The notes: a model not told the origin generated them from the letters alone. 64,000 nt of DNA from an uncultured Candidatus Saccharibacteria bacterium (GCA_964538855.1 CAZIEY010000001.1:82811-146810); one strand, 5' to 3'; counted from the stretch's first letter, positions 45,884 to 56,059 are shown. A program made the numbers and translations.

Positions 45884-46804
45884 TCAGATTCGGAGCTCAA
45901 AAAATACCCCTTCGTCTGACACGATAATTCTGTCGTTTTCATTGATGCGAAAATCGAGACCCGCACCTAAATACACAGGTTGAATATTTCTCTCTGATCT
46001 ATCGTCGATTTCAACTGCCCACAACCCTTCATTATTCAGAACGAGAAGCACATCGGGTCGTTCTGGCATGAATGCGAAACGCACAATATCAACATCCCAA
46101 TCAAGTACGATTTGATCTCGACAATGTGTCACAGTACAAAAATAAAAAGGAGTAGTTTCTTGCTCATTCACCCATGTTACAATCACATTTCCATCTTCTA
46201 ACCACGCGACTTGATCTCCTACAATTTCAAAATTGACCAAATCGGCCACATCCGACACTCCATGTAATGCGAGTGCTTCGAGTATGTCCGATGGTGTCGT
46301 TGATGCACTCTGTGCCACATCCGACACCACAAAAAGTGACTCAATCGCCGTGTATGTTTTCTGTGGTACTTTATTCGCCAACCCTAATGTGGTAGTTCCG
46401 TTTCCTTGTGCATCAACTGCAGGGTATGTCGCCATTGTTTTAATACTCGTCGGCAACATCAACGCATACGCTTCTGTGACCATGCCTTCCGCCACTGATA
46501 AATTTTTTGTCCACGAATGATAGCCATCCTTGTGCATTTCAACTGTGTGTGCAACATCCGGATTAAGTGTTTGAACTAACACATTACGCATCCACACACT
46601 ATTATTTTTGACATATTCACCATCCACAAATACTTCGGTATCAGAAACATCAGAGTGCACGTAAATACCGCCAGTTTTCACAATACCCTTATCATCAAAG
46701 CGATATCCAAATGAATACGACAAAATAAAGGGACTAATCGCAATAAATACAAGGAAGAGCAATCCCCAAGAAATTTGTCGTGTTTTTTTTGAAAGTGGTT
46801 TCAT
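45884..46804 (-). CDS. membrane-anchored PEGA-like domain protein
   Basis: N-terminal TM; VHSDVSDTEVFVDGEYV…HTVEMHKDGYHSW resembles a PEGA domain. Confidence 0.4.
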   Translation of the reverse strand: MKPLSKKTRQISWGLLFLVFIAISPFILSYSFGYRFDDKGIVKTGGIYVHSDVSDTEVFVDGEYVKNNSVWMRNVLVQTLNPDVAHTVEMHKDGYHSWTKNLSVAEGMVTEAYALMLPTSIKTMATYPAVDAQGNGTTTLGLANKVPQKTYTAIESLFVVSDVAQSASTTPSDILEALALHGVSDVADLVNFEIVGDQVAWLEDGNVIVTWVNEQETTPFYFCTVTHCRDQIVLDWDVDIVRFAFMPERPDVLLVLNNEGLWAVEIDDRSERNIQPVYLGAGLDFRINENDRIIVSDEGVFFELRI

Positions 46805-46828
46805 GTGTTGAATAAATTACGCACCCTT

Positions 46829-48370
46829 TTATTTCCTATGCTTTGGTGTCACCCAGAATTCACCCATGTATCTGCCGAGCATCAATTTTGTCTGAGCATG
46901 CAATCCTGGTAATGAGCCGAACAAGATAATCGTAAATGGCACAAACACCCATTGCAAAATTTGTACTGCCCAGCGGATTTTTCGTCGCTCCATAGTGACT
47001 GGCATTGCAGGCAGTAATGACGCAGAAATGATTGCAGCCAAAATAATTCCGAGTGTCGAAATCGTCATCAATGTTCGTGTCACGATCGGCAAGTTATACG
47101 ACAACAATGTTTCTCGGAAAGCTTCCCCACCCACAATAATCGGTAACCAGCCGAGCACTAAAATCATAATTGGGTTTGTTGCGAGTGACCAAAAACCAAC
47201 CAATTGTGTGAATGATTTATCCCACTTTTGCTTCCAAGAAATTTTCTTGTTTTTAATAAAGCCAAACAGCATGTACGGGATATTTTCGACACCCCACATC
47301 CATCGCATGTGTTGTTTATAAATATTACGCAATGTCGCAAATAATGTCGGCGCCAAATTCGCATCCATCGAAACCGGATATGCCAATGGCACAACTTCGT
47401 AATTACCGTCTTTTGCCAAGAACAAATTCCAGAAAATACGTGAATCTTCTGACACCATATTTTTTTGCCAATACCCTACTTCGTACAGAGCTTTGAATGG
47501 AATTGAGTGTGAAGAAAATGTCGCCAACTTTTCAGGGCGCTCCTGTTGAATCATTTGCCAGAATGTCGAAGTCACCGCAGCAACGCGAGACAACGCTGGA
47601 GCTTGCCAAATGTTGTTGTTATACAAAGGCACCGGTTGATACGATTTATTATATCGATTTTCCGCGGTCAAAAAGTGCCATGTGAGGCATGCAAAATAAT
47701 GTGGCCAAATCACTGTATCGATATCGAATGATGACACGAGAATGTTTTCGTATGGTATTTGTTTTGGGTCGATGACTCGCAATTGAGTTTCTTTGAGCGC
47801 GTATGCGATGTTTGAGCCCTTGCCGCGTACTTCCCCCGGTAAATTATCCGGGTGCATTGTCACAATAAAATCATCGAAATATTTTGCGTACATATTTTGC
47901 AATTCAACAGTGACGCCTGTGTATTCGGAACCAGCGCGAACTTCTGCTGCTAAAACGATAATCATTTTCTTTGGGTCGTAATGTGACGCGAGTAGTGATT
48001 TTAATGATGCTTCAATCACATCTTTACCTTCTTTATAAAATGGAAGCAAAATAACGTGACGAAGATGTTCATATTTCAAATCTGCTAATTTCGCTTGCCA
48101 ATCAACATTGATATTATGTTTGAGGCGGCGCCAATTGTAATACTGGTGAAACGAAAGGTGTACAGTTTTCAGTAACCAATACAAATCAAACACAATAATA
48201 AACACCGCGACATACAGAGGAAGAAAAACCGAACCCACCACAATCAATATCAACGTCCCCCACGATAGAAAGCCTGGTAAAATTTCGAGTAATCGGAAAA
48301 TAATTCGGTCACGCCCAGTCAAATCGCGGGCATGCGCTACATGAAAATAAGGAGTTTTCGAATAGTCCAT
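46829..48370 (-). CDS. membrane glycosyltransferase family 2, processive (QxxRW motif)
   Basis: Multiple TM helices, GT2 DxD region, QHMRWMWG (Q(Q/R)xRW) as in cellulose/PNAG/chitin synthase-type GT2. Confidence 0.7.
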   Translation of the reverse strand: MDYSKTPYFHVAHARDLTGRDRIIFRLLEILPGFLSWGTLILIVVGSVFLPLYVAVFIIVFDLYWLLKTVHLSFHQYYNWRRLKHNINVDWQAKLADLKYEHLRHVILLPFYKEGKDVIEASLKSLLASHYDPKKMIIVLAAEVRAGSEYTGVTVELQNMYAKYFDDFIVTMHPDNLPGEVRGKGSNIAYALKETQLRVIDPKQIPYENILVSSFDIDTVIWPHYFACLTWHFLTAENRYNKSYQPVPLYNNNIWQAPALSRVAAVTSTFWQMIQQERPEKLATFSSHSIPFKALYEVGYWQKNMVSEDSRIFWNLFLAKDGNYEVVPLAYPVSMDANLAPTLFATLRNIYKQHMRWMWGVENIPYMLFGFIKNKKISWKQKWDKSFTQLVGFWSLATNPIMILVLGWLPIIVGGEAFRETLLSYNLPIVTRTLMTISTLGIILAAIISASLLPAMPVTMERRKIRWAVQILQWVFVPFTIILFGSLPGLHAQTKLMLGRYMGEFWVTPKHRK

Positions 48371-48436
48371 CTTGTCTACTAGACTACCATTTTTACGAGC
48401 TTTTTCAACCTTTTTTTGTTTTTTCCTCTTTGTAAA

Positions 48437-48468
48437 AATTTAGACAGGCACAATTTGTGCCTGTCTAA
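48437..48468. terminator. bidirectional intrinsic terminator immediately 3' of tRNA-Thr
   Basis: TAGACAGGCAC-AATT-TGTGCCTGTCTA perfect 11-bp stem flanked by A5/T5. Confidence 0.8.
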
Positions 48469-48473
48469 ATTTT

Positions 48474-48549
48474 TGGAGCCACCTGTCAGGCTTGAACTGA
48501 CGACCTGCCGTTTACAAAACGGCTGCTCTACCAACTGAGCTAAGGTGGC
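48474..48549 (-). tRNA. tRNA-Thr (anticodon TGT), CCA encoded
   Basis: GCCACCTTAGCTCAGTTGGTAGAGCAGCCGTTTTGTAAACGGCAGGTCGTCAGTTCAAGCCTGACAGGTGGCTCCA. Confidence 0.85.
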
Positions 48550-48564
48550 AATTACTACACGCTT

Positions 48565-48951
48565 CTACTCTTTATCCTTCGGCAAAGAGTCTTTGTGATC
48601 ATGCATTGATTTCCAATACGATGACATCGGACCTTGTTTACCAGAGACGTGGTGGCGATGGAATCGATCAAAATATCGATCAACCTTCACCCGAACTTTT
48701 GCCCACACCCGCGCGAGAGACAAACTGATTCTATGAGGAATCACTGCCCATTTCTCTATTGCGAGTTTTTTTATTCTAGCAAGTATTCGCAAAATAGCCA
48801 AGCCGAATCTAGACAAACCACGATCAGCCCATGTTCGACACCCCATTGAAAAAATCTGTCGATTGTTTTTTAATTCGTAATTACGAATCGCAAGCATAAT
48901 CAAAATCCCTATAAGCGACACGCAAAACAAAATAATAAGGGTGGGGTTCAT
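48565..48951 (-). CDS. small membrane protein, hypothetical
   Basis: N-terminal TM helix; 128 aa. Confidence 0.35.
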   Translation of the reverse strand: MNPTLIILFCVSLIGILIMLAIRNYELKNNRQIFSMGCRTWADRGLSRFGLAILRILARIKKLAIEKWAVIPHRISLSLARVWAKVRVKVDRYFDRFHRHHVSGKQGPMSSYWKSMHDHKDSLPKDKE

Positions 48952-48960
48952 ATTGAAGGC

Positions 48961-49470
48961 TTAACCAACAACAGAAAATCGCGCGATGCGACCGATTGCA
49001 ACCTTTTCTCCAAATTTTTGAACAGCTTGTTCGAGCAGACTTTCGATAGTCTGGTCTGGATTTTTAATATAGGCCTGTTTTACGAGCACTTTCCCTTCTG
49101 CAACAGCTGCCTCGAGCGCATCTGCTGCAACATCAGTAACGTTTGCAAATTCGGGTGCAGTCGCAGACACTTGTACTGCAATTTCACGCGCGAGTTTTTT
49201 AAACTCTTCATTATTGGAAACGAAGTCAGTTTCACACATCAATTCAACCATAGAACCAATCATGCCATTCCCATGAATATATGTTGCTACAGTTCCCGCA
49301 CCCAAAGTACGATCAGCTTTTTTTGCAGCAGATACCGCGCTATTTTTGAGTAGAACGGCTTTAGCTGCCTCCAAGTCACCATTCGCTTCTTCCAAAGCTT
49401 TTTTACATTGACCAATAGAAACACCTGTTGCTTCACGTAATACTTTGACTTGATCCATTGAAATTGCCAT
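48961..49470 (-). CDS. tsf: translation elongation factor Ts (short form)
   Basis: UBA-like N-terminus MAISMDQVKVLREATGVSIGQCKKALEEANGDLEAA; rpsB-tsf synteny. Confidence 0.85.
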   Translation of the reverse strand: MAISMDQVKVLREATGVSIGQCKKALEEANGDLEAAKAVLLKNSAVSAAKKADRTLGAGTVATYIHGNGMIGSMVELMCETDFVSNNEEFKKLAREIAVQVSATAPEFANVTDVAADALEAAVAEGKVLVKQAYIKNPDQTIESLLEQAVQKFGEKVAIGRIARFSVVG

Positions 49471-49510
49471 GGTTCTTGAGGGTTAAACTATTAAAACTCG
49501 AAAAACAAAA

Positions 49511-50215
49511 CTACGCTGTTTTCCCAGACTTATATGATTCTACTATCTCGTTGAGGAAAAATTTAATACTATCAACAGATGAATCGTTACCAGGGATAAC
49601 ATAATCGATGAGGCTGTAGTTACAGTCAGTGTTTGCGAGGCTGATGATTGGCACGCCAGTTTGAATTGCTTCGTCTCGGGCGATGTTTTCTTTGTCAGCG
49701 TCAATAATGAAGATTGCTGCTGGTTTTTTGTCCATTGAAACAATTCCACTGAATCGTTCTTCTAATTTTGCGATTTCTCGGTCGATCAAAAGTCGTTCTT
49801 TCTTTTTGTATTTTACGAGCTCGCCTTTTTCTTTTTGAGAAAGTAATTTTGTGTAGTGGTCGATTCTCTTTCGGATTTCTGTAAAGTTAGTCAAAGTTCC
49901 ACCAATCCATCGTCCAGACACATGTGGCATATCAATTTTTTCTGCTGCATCTTTGATTGCGGCTTGTGCTTCTTTTTTACCACCAACGAAAAGAATGCGT
50001 TTGCCTTCTTTGGCGAGTGTTGCAACGAATGCTTTTGCCTTTTCTAATTGAACCTCGACTTTTTCAAGGTCAAAAATTTCGACATTATTTTTTCGGCCGA
50101 AAATATACGAAGCGGTTGTTGGGTGTCGTCGTGATTTGATATAACCAAAATGAGCCCCGACGTCAAACATCGACTCAATTTTGTTCTTTGAAACCTTGTT
50201 TTTTGTTGAAATCAT
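49511..50215 (-). CDS. rpsB: 30S ribosomal protein S2
   Basis: MFDVGAHFGY…HVSGRWIGGTLTNF. Confidence 0.95.
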   Translation of the reverse strand: MISTKNKVSKNKIESMFDVGAHFGYIKSRRHPTTASYIFGRKNNVEIFDLEKVEVQLEKAKAFVATLAKEGKRILFVGGKKEAQAAIKDAAEKIDMPHVSGRWIGGTLTNFTEIRKRIDHYTKLLSQKEKGELVKYKKKERLLIDREIAKLEERFSGIVSMDKKPAAIFIIDADKENIARDEAIQTGVPIISLANTDCNYSLIDYVIPGNDSSVDSIKFFLNEIVESYKSGKTA

Positions 50216-50261
50216 GTAGGACGAAGTCTAGCAAATCGGCGGTTTTAAATCAAGAGGCAAC

Positions 50262-51254
50262 CTATAATGAGGTTGTGGAATCATCCTGTACCTGTGCTTC
50301 ATCAGCTTTTTTGGCCAAAGTATCAATAATATCGGCAATATCCCCTTTCATTGCTTCTTCTATGTTATGCCAGGATTCACCAATACGGTGATCAGTAATA
50401 CGGTTTTGAGGAAAATTATACGTGCGAATCTTTTCTGACCGGTCATTCGTACCAATTTGTGATTTTCGATTTGCAGCGAATTTTTTGGCTTCTTCCTCCT
50501 CTTTATGAAGTTGCAATTTAGACATCAAAAGCGACATAGCAGTTTCTCGGTTTTTGAGCTGACTGCGTTCTGAGGTACAGCGCACATCAATACCAGTCGG
50601 CAAGTGCACAAGGCGCACTGCGGTCTCAACTTTGTTCACGTTCTGACCACCTTTACCACCAGCACGCGAAAATTCCATATGAATTTCTTCTGGACGAACT
50701 TCGATATTGTACTTTTTACGAATCGGCAAAATAGCAACTGACGCGGTCGAAGTATGAATACGTCCCATTTTTTCAGTAATTGGAATTCTCTGAACACGAT
50801 GCACACCAGTTTCAAAACGCATCTTTTTATAGACTCCCTGGCCGTGCATCTCTATAGAAACCTCCTTATAGCCACCCGCTTCAGAAAGAGATTCCTCGGT
50901 CTTTTTCACTTGCCAACCCTGAGCCTCGCCATAACGGCTATACATTTCAGCGAGCTGAGCTGCAAAAATAGAAGCTTCGTCACCACCAGCACCAGCACGA
51001 ATTTCCAGCATAATTTCATTTGGGAACTGCTCTTCTTCTTTTTCACTTTTCACAATCTCTTTGATTTGAGACATCATCGCCGCTTTTTGTTCGGCAATAG
51101 ATTTAGACTCTTCCTCAACCATATCCTTCATGTCGGGATCGGTTTCAAGAAGTGCTATATTTTCCTGCTCCTTAGCCAAAAGTCGCTCCAACTCCTCGGC
51201 GAAGAATTTAGTTTTGACGTTTTCTTTGTGCTTTTTTAGATCTTCTGGATTCAT
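50262..51254 (-). CDS. prfA: peptide chain release factor 1-type (PxT = PIT; GGQ present)
   Basis: GGQNVNK GGQ motif; [15 protein letters not shown] aligns to the RF1 PxT tripeptide region (not the SPF of RF2). Confidence 0.8.
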   Translation of the reverse strand: MNPEDLKKHKENVKTKFFAEELERLLAKEQENIALLETDPDMKDMVEEESKSIAEQKAAMMSQIKEIVKSEKEEEQFPNEIMLEIRAGAGGDEASIFAAQLAEMYSRYGEAQGWQVKKTEESLSEAGGYKEVSIEMHGQGVYKKMRFETGVHRVQRIPITEKMGRIHTSTASVAILPIRKKYNIEVRPEEIHMEFSRAGGKGGQNVNKVETAVRLVHLPTGIDVRCTSERSQLKNRETAMSLLMSKLQLHKEEEEAKKFAANRKSQIGTNDRSEKIRTYNFPQNRITDHRIGESWHNIEEAMKGDIADIIDTLAKKADEAQVQDDSTTSL

Positions 51255-51297
51255 GTTATTTTTTGCACTTCGTATGGAATAAGTCTACTACAAAAAT

Positions 51298-51431
51298 AAA
51301 TTTAAAAATACTCATTATTTTGAGCCTTTCGGAGGACGCCTGTTTTCTCCCAATTAGCGTCCGGGAACGAGCTGATTTTTCCTGATAAGGCAAAATACAG
51401 CGTGCTCAAAATAATGAGTATTTTTAAATTT
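51298..51431. repeat. AT-rich terminal-inverted-repeat element E2 (28-bp perfect IR, 78-nt core) between rpmE and prfA
   Basis: aaatttaaaaatactcattattttgagc … gctcaaaataatgagtatttttaaattt; right arm overlaps the rpmE stop codon; inner GGACGC/GCGTCC palindrome. Confidence 0.6.
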
Positions 51432-51690
51432 ATTTCTTTGTCTTAGCCTTGGACATTCGAGTCTTGAACTTCTCTACGCGACCAGCAGCATCAAGAATGT
51501 TTTCCTTGCCAGTATAGAATGGGTGTGACGCAGATGAAATTTCAATGTTATAAGCAGGATATTCCTTACCATCTGTCCATTTTTCGACTTTGTCTGTTTC
51601 AACAGTTGAATAGACCAAGAATCGCTCGCTTGATGAGTCGTCGATAAAAATCACTTTTCGGTTATTTTGTGGATGAATGTCTTTTTTCAT
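51430..51690 (-). CDS. rpmE: 50S ribosomal protein L31 (no CxxC; type B-like)
   Basis: MKKDIHPQNNRKV…HPFYTGK. Confidence 0.85.
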   Translation of the reverse strand: MKKDIHPQNNRKVIFIDDSSSERFLVYSTVETDKVEKWTDGKEYPAYNIEISSASHPFYTGKENILDAAGRVEKFKTRMSKAKTKK

Positions 51691-51738
51691 GTACTTATAA
51701 TACGTTAAATTTGTCCACAGACTATATCAAAATACAGC

Positions 51739-53118
51739 TTAATCGTCAACTTCTTCCAAGAAATTCAGCTGTTCTTGGAAAGTCGCAGCGTGCGACAAGA
51801 CGCTATTTGCATAACCAAGTCCAAGCGTAGCCCAAGCGCCTCCTGCATAATACCGCGCTGCTGCTTGCTGTTCTGCACTATAACCGCCCGCCGCTGCACC
51901 GAGATCTTTTACGAAAAGGCCCGTTGCCATAAAGGCGTGCTCTGGTAGCCATGGATTTGCAGCTGAAATTCCGAGCGTTGTCGCGACACGTGCCGCATAA
52001 CCGATCCACGTTGAAGGAATAAACTGTGAGGGACCCATCGCACCTCCGTACCCAACCGAAAGTGGGCACGATACAGGTGTCTGATATGGATCTAATCCAA
52101 GCGCTCGAGTAATCGTCAAGAATGGAGTCACATCTCGATCCGGTTTCATCACTTTGGCAAACGGTGTACCAGTATTTTTACCGATTCCCGCGCCCGTTTC
52201 AGTATTCGATAGGTAACACTGACCGACATTAACCCCGAGATTTGATTCTTGTTTCAAAATACCCAAAATAAATGCGGCGCGCACCCCGGTAAATTTCGAA
52301 GCTTTATTCGCATATTTTACCGCATCTCCAAACGAAATCCCCTCCTGATCGCGCAACTTAAAAAGCTGAGCCCTGATTGATGCCGCCTTGGCATTTTTCT
52401 GTTGGATGACAGTTTGATAATTTGCCTCGGTTTGTTTACTGATCGATAGAAGCCCTGCTTTTTCCTGCTTTTTAATAGTCACCGTACGCTTATCTTGTTC
52501 AATTTCTGCTTTCACATCTTGCTCCTTATTTTGTTTAATTTGTAACTCTTGCTTCTCTTTCTCGTTTTGTTCTTGAATAACTTTCACTTCATCGATTAGG
52601 TCATTCAGCTGTCTCTCTACTACAGTGAACTCATCAAATTCCACGAAAAAATCTGACAAGGTTTCGTTGCCCAGCAAAATTTCTGGCAGAGACATATTGT
52701 CTGCCTCGTTCGTCTTGCGCATTAGATCAATGAGGTTTTTTTTACTACGATTAATTTTTTCTTCAAGTTGGTTAATAGTCTGCTCTTTTAATTCAATTCC
52801 AGACATGAGATTTTTGATTTCGATATTTTTCTTTTGAATAACAAGCTCGGCTTGTTTAACTTGATTTGTGAGGACAGAAATATCGCGTGAAATGGTGGCG
52901 GTTTGACTCTGTTGCTGTTTGAGAGATTCATTCAAGACACGAGCCTCTTCCTCGATTTGAGCAAGTTCTTTGCGTAGTTGAGCTTCCTGTTGCGGCGTAA
53001 GAGCAGCAAATACCTGTAAAGGCAGGATATTAAACACAAAAGCCACAAGAACGAGCATTAGTGCCGGTTTTTTAAGAATAGCAAAAATCATCTTCTTTAT
53101 TATAGCAAAAAAACTCAT
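51739..53118 (-). CDS. secreted coiled-coil protein with C-terminal lytic-transglycosylase (SLT)-like domain
   Basis: Signal peptide, ~250 aa heptad-rich region, then ILKQESN…GAMGPSQFIPSTW resembling SLT catalytic Glu and GxMQ blocks. Confidence 0.5.
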   Translation of the reverse strand: MSFFAIIKKMIFAILKKPALMLVLVAFVFNILPLQVFAALTPQQEAQLRKELAQIEEEARVLNESLKQQQSQTATISRDISVLTNQVKQAELVIQKKNIEIKNLMSGIELKEQTINQLEEKINRSKKNLIDLMRKTNEADNMSLPEILLGNETLSDFFVEFDEFTVVERQLNDLIDEVKVIQEQNEKEKQELQIKQNKEQDVKAEIEQDKRTVTIKKQEKAGLLSISKQTEANYQTVIQQKNAKAASIRAQLFKLRDQEGISFGDAVKYANKASKFTGVRAAFILGILKQESNLGVNVGQCYLSNTETGAGIGKNTGTPFAKVMKPDRDVTPFLTITRALGLDPYQTPVSCPLSVGYGGAMGPSQFIPSTWIGYAARVATTLGISAANPWLPEHAFMATGLFVKDLGAAAGGYSAEQQAAARYYAGGAWATLGLGYANSVLSHAATFQEQLNFLEEVDD

Positions 53119-53157
53119 CGGCGCACCTTGGTGAGTTTAGAAGAACCCTGGCCTGGA

Positions 53158-53279
53158 AAGTAAAGCAAAACTGCTTAATTTTAAAAGTCTGGTTGAGCAT
53201 CAACACAAAACGCACGTTCTTTACAGAACGTGCGTGATGCGACCCGAGGACTTTAAAATTAAGCAGTTTTGTTTTACTT
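53158..53279. repeat. AT-rich terminal-inverted-repeat element E3 (~31-bp IR, 1 mismatch + 1 indel) immediately 3' of rplY
   Basis: aagtaaagcaaaactgcttaattttaaaagtc … gactttaaaattaagcagttttgttttactt; core ends in GCGACCCGAGGAC (reverse complement of the E1 core GTCCTCGGGTCGC) and has an inner ACGCACGTTCT/AGAACGTGCGT hairpin. Confidence 0.6.
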
Positions 53280-53942
53280 CTTGTCCTGACCTTCCGCCGC
53301 TGGAGTTCCTCCTGGCACACCTTCTTCGTCTTTCTTACCCTTCTTTTCAACTTCGATTGAAGCGAGGTCAACTGGAGCCGCCTCTTCTTCCTTCTCTTCG
53401 CGAGGTTCTTTAACGAGCGCAATCACTTCGTCAGATTTTGAAACTAATTCAACACCTTCTGGCAATTTCACATCTTTTGCTTGAATGTGCGCAGCAAAAT
53501 CCACGAGAGAAGAGATGTCTACAGTAATATTGTGTGGGAGGTTTTTAGGCATCGCTTCGATTTCGACTTCGTGCATAACTTTCATCAAAATACCACCGAG
53601 GTTTTTCACTGCAGCAGATACACCAACGAATTCGAGAGGAACGTTAACTTTGAGCTTCTTACCTTTTTCAATAACATAAAAGTCTGCGTGGAGAGGTCGC
53701 AATGACACCGCGTCAAATTGTACATCTTTTAACAATGTGTCGTGTTCTTCTGAACCAAGTTTAAGAGTAATAATTGAAGATTCACCGGCTTCTTTGTACG
53801 CTTTCAAAAATTCGACTTCGTTAATAGTAATAGGTGTAGATGCTTCTTTTGGACCGTAAAATACAGCAGGAATATTGCCGCCTTTTCGCATTTGGGCTTT
53901 ATCTGACTTTAATTCTCGTGTCTTTGCGTTTAATATCAACAT
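53274..53942 (-). CDS. rplY: 50S ribosomal protein L25 / general stress protein Ctc
   Basis: MLILNAKTRE…NIPAVFYGP…; Ctc-type C-terminal extension with acidic tail. Confidence 0.85.
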   Translation of the reverse strand: MLILNAKTRELKSDKAQMRKGGNIPAVFYGPKEASTPITINEVEFLKAYKEAGESSIITLKLGSEEHDTLLKDVQFDAVSLRPLHADFYVIEKGKKLKVNVPLEFVGVSAAVKNLGGILMKVMHEVEIEAMPKNLPHNITVDISSLVDFAAHIQAKDVKLPEGVELVSKSDEVIALVKEPREEKEEEAAPVDLASIEVEKKGKKDEEGVPGGTPAAEGQDKK

Positions 53943-53963
53943 ATAGGGCTGTATTATACACGA

Positions 53964-54995
53964 CTAGTCCAAATATTCAAGTGATACGTCGTAATCACCG
54001 GCGTCGGCGAGCTGATTGAGGCGAAGGCGCTTTGTGAATTCAGTGCGCGCTGCGGTGACGTTTTCATCTTTTCCCTGCCAAATTGTGAGGGCACTTTCCT
54101 GCAATGCACGCGCATATGAGAAGGCAATTTCCCAAGGAAGATCGTCTTTTTCTGCAATTGCGTCGAGGTGTGCAGTGGCTTCGACTGCAGTTTGTCCGCC
54201 TGACAAAAACACTACTCCGCCGATTTCTGTTGGCACAGTTTTTCGTAACATTCGCACAGTTGCATCGGCGACTTCGGTAGGAGAAGCTTCGTCGGCATTT
54301 TTATTTCCGTTGATCACCATGCTCGTCTTCAAAATAACACCTGGCAAGTAGGCTTTGTAGTCCTGCAATTTTTGCATGACGGCGCCGACCACGCGAGTTG
54401 TCACGATTTCAGAAGTTTTCAAGTTGTGCGGACCTTCGAGCAACACTTCTGGTTCGACAATTGGCACAAGACCGAATTGTTGTGCGGCAACTGCGTAACG
54501 AGCGAGTGCGTCGGCGTTAGCTTCGATACACGCGTCAGTTGGGAGGCCGGCCGATTCATCGATTTTTATGACGGCTCGCCATTTTGTGAACGCGGCTCCT
54601 GCATCTGCGTACTTTTTGATACGCTCTGGTAAATCATCGAGACCGACTGTCAATTTTTCATCTGGAAAACCTGGGAAGTCCTTTGCGCCGAGGTCGACTT
54701 TGATTCCTGGCAAAATTCCCTTTTCAGCAAGTGCAGTGCGAAATGGTGTCCCGTCGCAATTGTTTTGCCAAAATGTCTCGTCGTATAAAATGACGCCAGA
54801 TAGAAATTCCTCGAGGCCTGGCATACATAAAAAGAGATGGCGGAATTTGCGGCGCATGTCTTCACCGGTTGCGATACCGAAAGATTCGAGGCGCTTATCG
54901 GCTGTGCTGTTTGATTCATCAGCTGCAAGAATTCCTTTTTCAGGTGCGAGTAAATGTGCGACGGTTGCCGTCAGTTTTTGTGTTTCGATGTTCAT
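53964..54995 (-). CDS. fructose-bisphosphate aldolase, class I
   Basis: GKGILAADES signature, Schiff-base Lys region; start set to MNIETQKL (54995). Confidence 0.8.
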   Translation of the reverse strand: MNIETQKLTATVAHLLAPEKGILAADESNSTADKRLESFGIATGEDMRRKFRHLFLCMPGLEEFLSGVILYDETFWQNNCDGTPFRTALAEKGILPGIKVDLGAKDFPGFPDEKLTVGLDDLPERIKKYADAGAAFTKWRAVIKIDESAGLPTDACIEANADALARYAVAAQQFGLVPIVEPEVLLEGPHNLKTSEIVTTRVVGAVMQKLQDYKAYLPGVILKTSMVINGNKNADEASPTEVADATVRMLRKTVPTEIGGVVFLSGGQTAVEATAHLDAIAEKDDLPWEIAFSYARALQESALTIWQGKDENVTAARTEFTKRLRLNQLADAGDYDVSLEYLD

Positions 54996-55037
54996 GAGAA
55001 TAGTATAACAAAGAATAAATAATGTTATAATTGCCAC

Positions 55038-56048
55038 ATGAGCTTGTTCCATAAACAATTAGATTTTATCGGCGTCGGCGATGCAGTCGTCGATACCTTT
55101 ATCGAGCTCCAAGACGCGTGGATCGAAAATGACAATCCGAAAAAGACACGAGAATTGTGTATGCGATTCGGCGATAAAATTCCGTATAAAAACGAGGTGA
55201 CAGTACGAGGAACAGGAAACGCATTGAATGCAGCGCACGCGGCGATGAAGCTCGGCTTGAAAACCGGAATTATTACAGATATCGGAGATGATGATAACGG
55301 TCTCGAGATTTTAAAAAGTTTTAACCACAAAGGTATCGATACACGACATGCGACCATACACAAAAAGTCACTCACTAATCACAATTACATTCTACGATAT
55401 CAAGAAGAACGCACTATTTTAATTCAACATCACGATTACGATTACAAGTTTCCAAAATTCGCACGCGGTAGTGGACCAAAGTGGATGTATCTAAGTTCAC
55501 TATCACAAAATTCTCTTCCCTATCATTTAGAAATTATTGAATTTTTAAAAGCTCATCCTGAAACAAAGTTAGCGTTTCAGCCTGGCACGTTTCAAATCAA
55601 GCTCGGCGTAGAAAAAATTCCCGATTTATATAAAATGTCAGCCATCTTTTTCTGCAACAAAGAGGAAGCGCAGAAAATTCTTGCAACCAAAGAAAGCGAT
55701 ATAAAAAGTCTTTTGACCGGCATGCACGCACTTGGCCCAAAAATCGTCGTCATCACTGACGGCCCGGACGGAGCATTCGTCTACGATGGTACCGAATTTT
55801 GGCATGGACCAATGTACCCGGATATTGCTCCGCCAGTTGATCGAACCGGTGCCGGAGATTCCTTCTCTGCGACGTTCACCGTCGCAATTGCGATCGGAAA
55901 AACAATTCGCGAAGCTTTGATGTGGGGACCAATCAATTCAATGAGTGTCGTGCAATTTGTTGGCGCACAAGCCGGACACTTAACATACGCGCAAATTGCA
56001 GAGTATTTAAAAAAAGCGCCGGCAGGATACGAGCCGAGAAAAATGTAA
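55038..56048 (+). CDS. PfkB-family carbohydrate kinase (ribokinase/fructokinase-like)
   Basis: GG motif near the N-terminus, C-terminal DRTGAGDSFSATF anion-hole motif. Confidence 0.8.
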   Translation: MSLFHKQLDFIGVGDAVVDTFIELQDAWIENDNPKKTRELCMRFGDKIPYKNEVTVRGTGNALNAAHAAMKLGLKTGIITDIGDDDNGLEILKSFNHKGIDTRHATIHKKSLTNHNYILRYQEERTILIQHHDYDYKFPKFARGSGPKWMYLSSLSQNSLPYHLEIIEFLKAHPETKLAFQPGTFQIKLGVEKIPDLYKMSAIFFCNKEEAQKILATKESDIKSLLTGMHALGPKIVVITDGPDGAFVYDGTEFWHGPMYPDIAPPVDRTGAGDSFSATFTVAIAIGKTIREALMWGPINSMSVVQFVGAQAGHLTYAQIAEYLKKAPAGYEPRKM

Positions 56049-56059
56049 ATCTCGAAAAT

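Noticed and set aside
48437-48468. The 11-bp palindrome next to tRNA-Thr as another MITE-like element
   Set aside because: It is a short perfect stem with flanking A/T tracts, typical of a bidirectional intrinsic terminator. It has no similarity to the E1-E3 arms.
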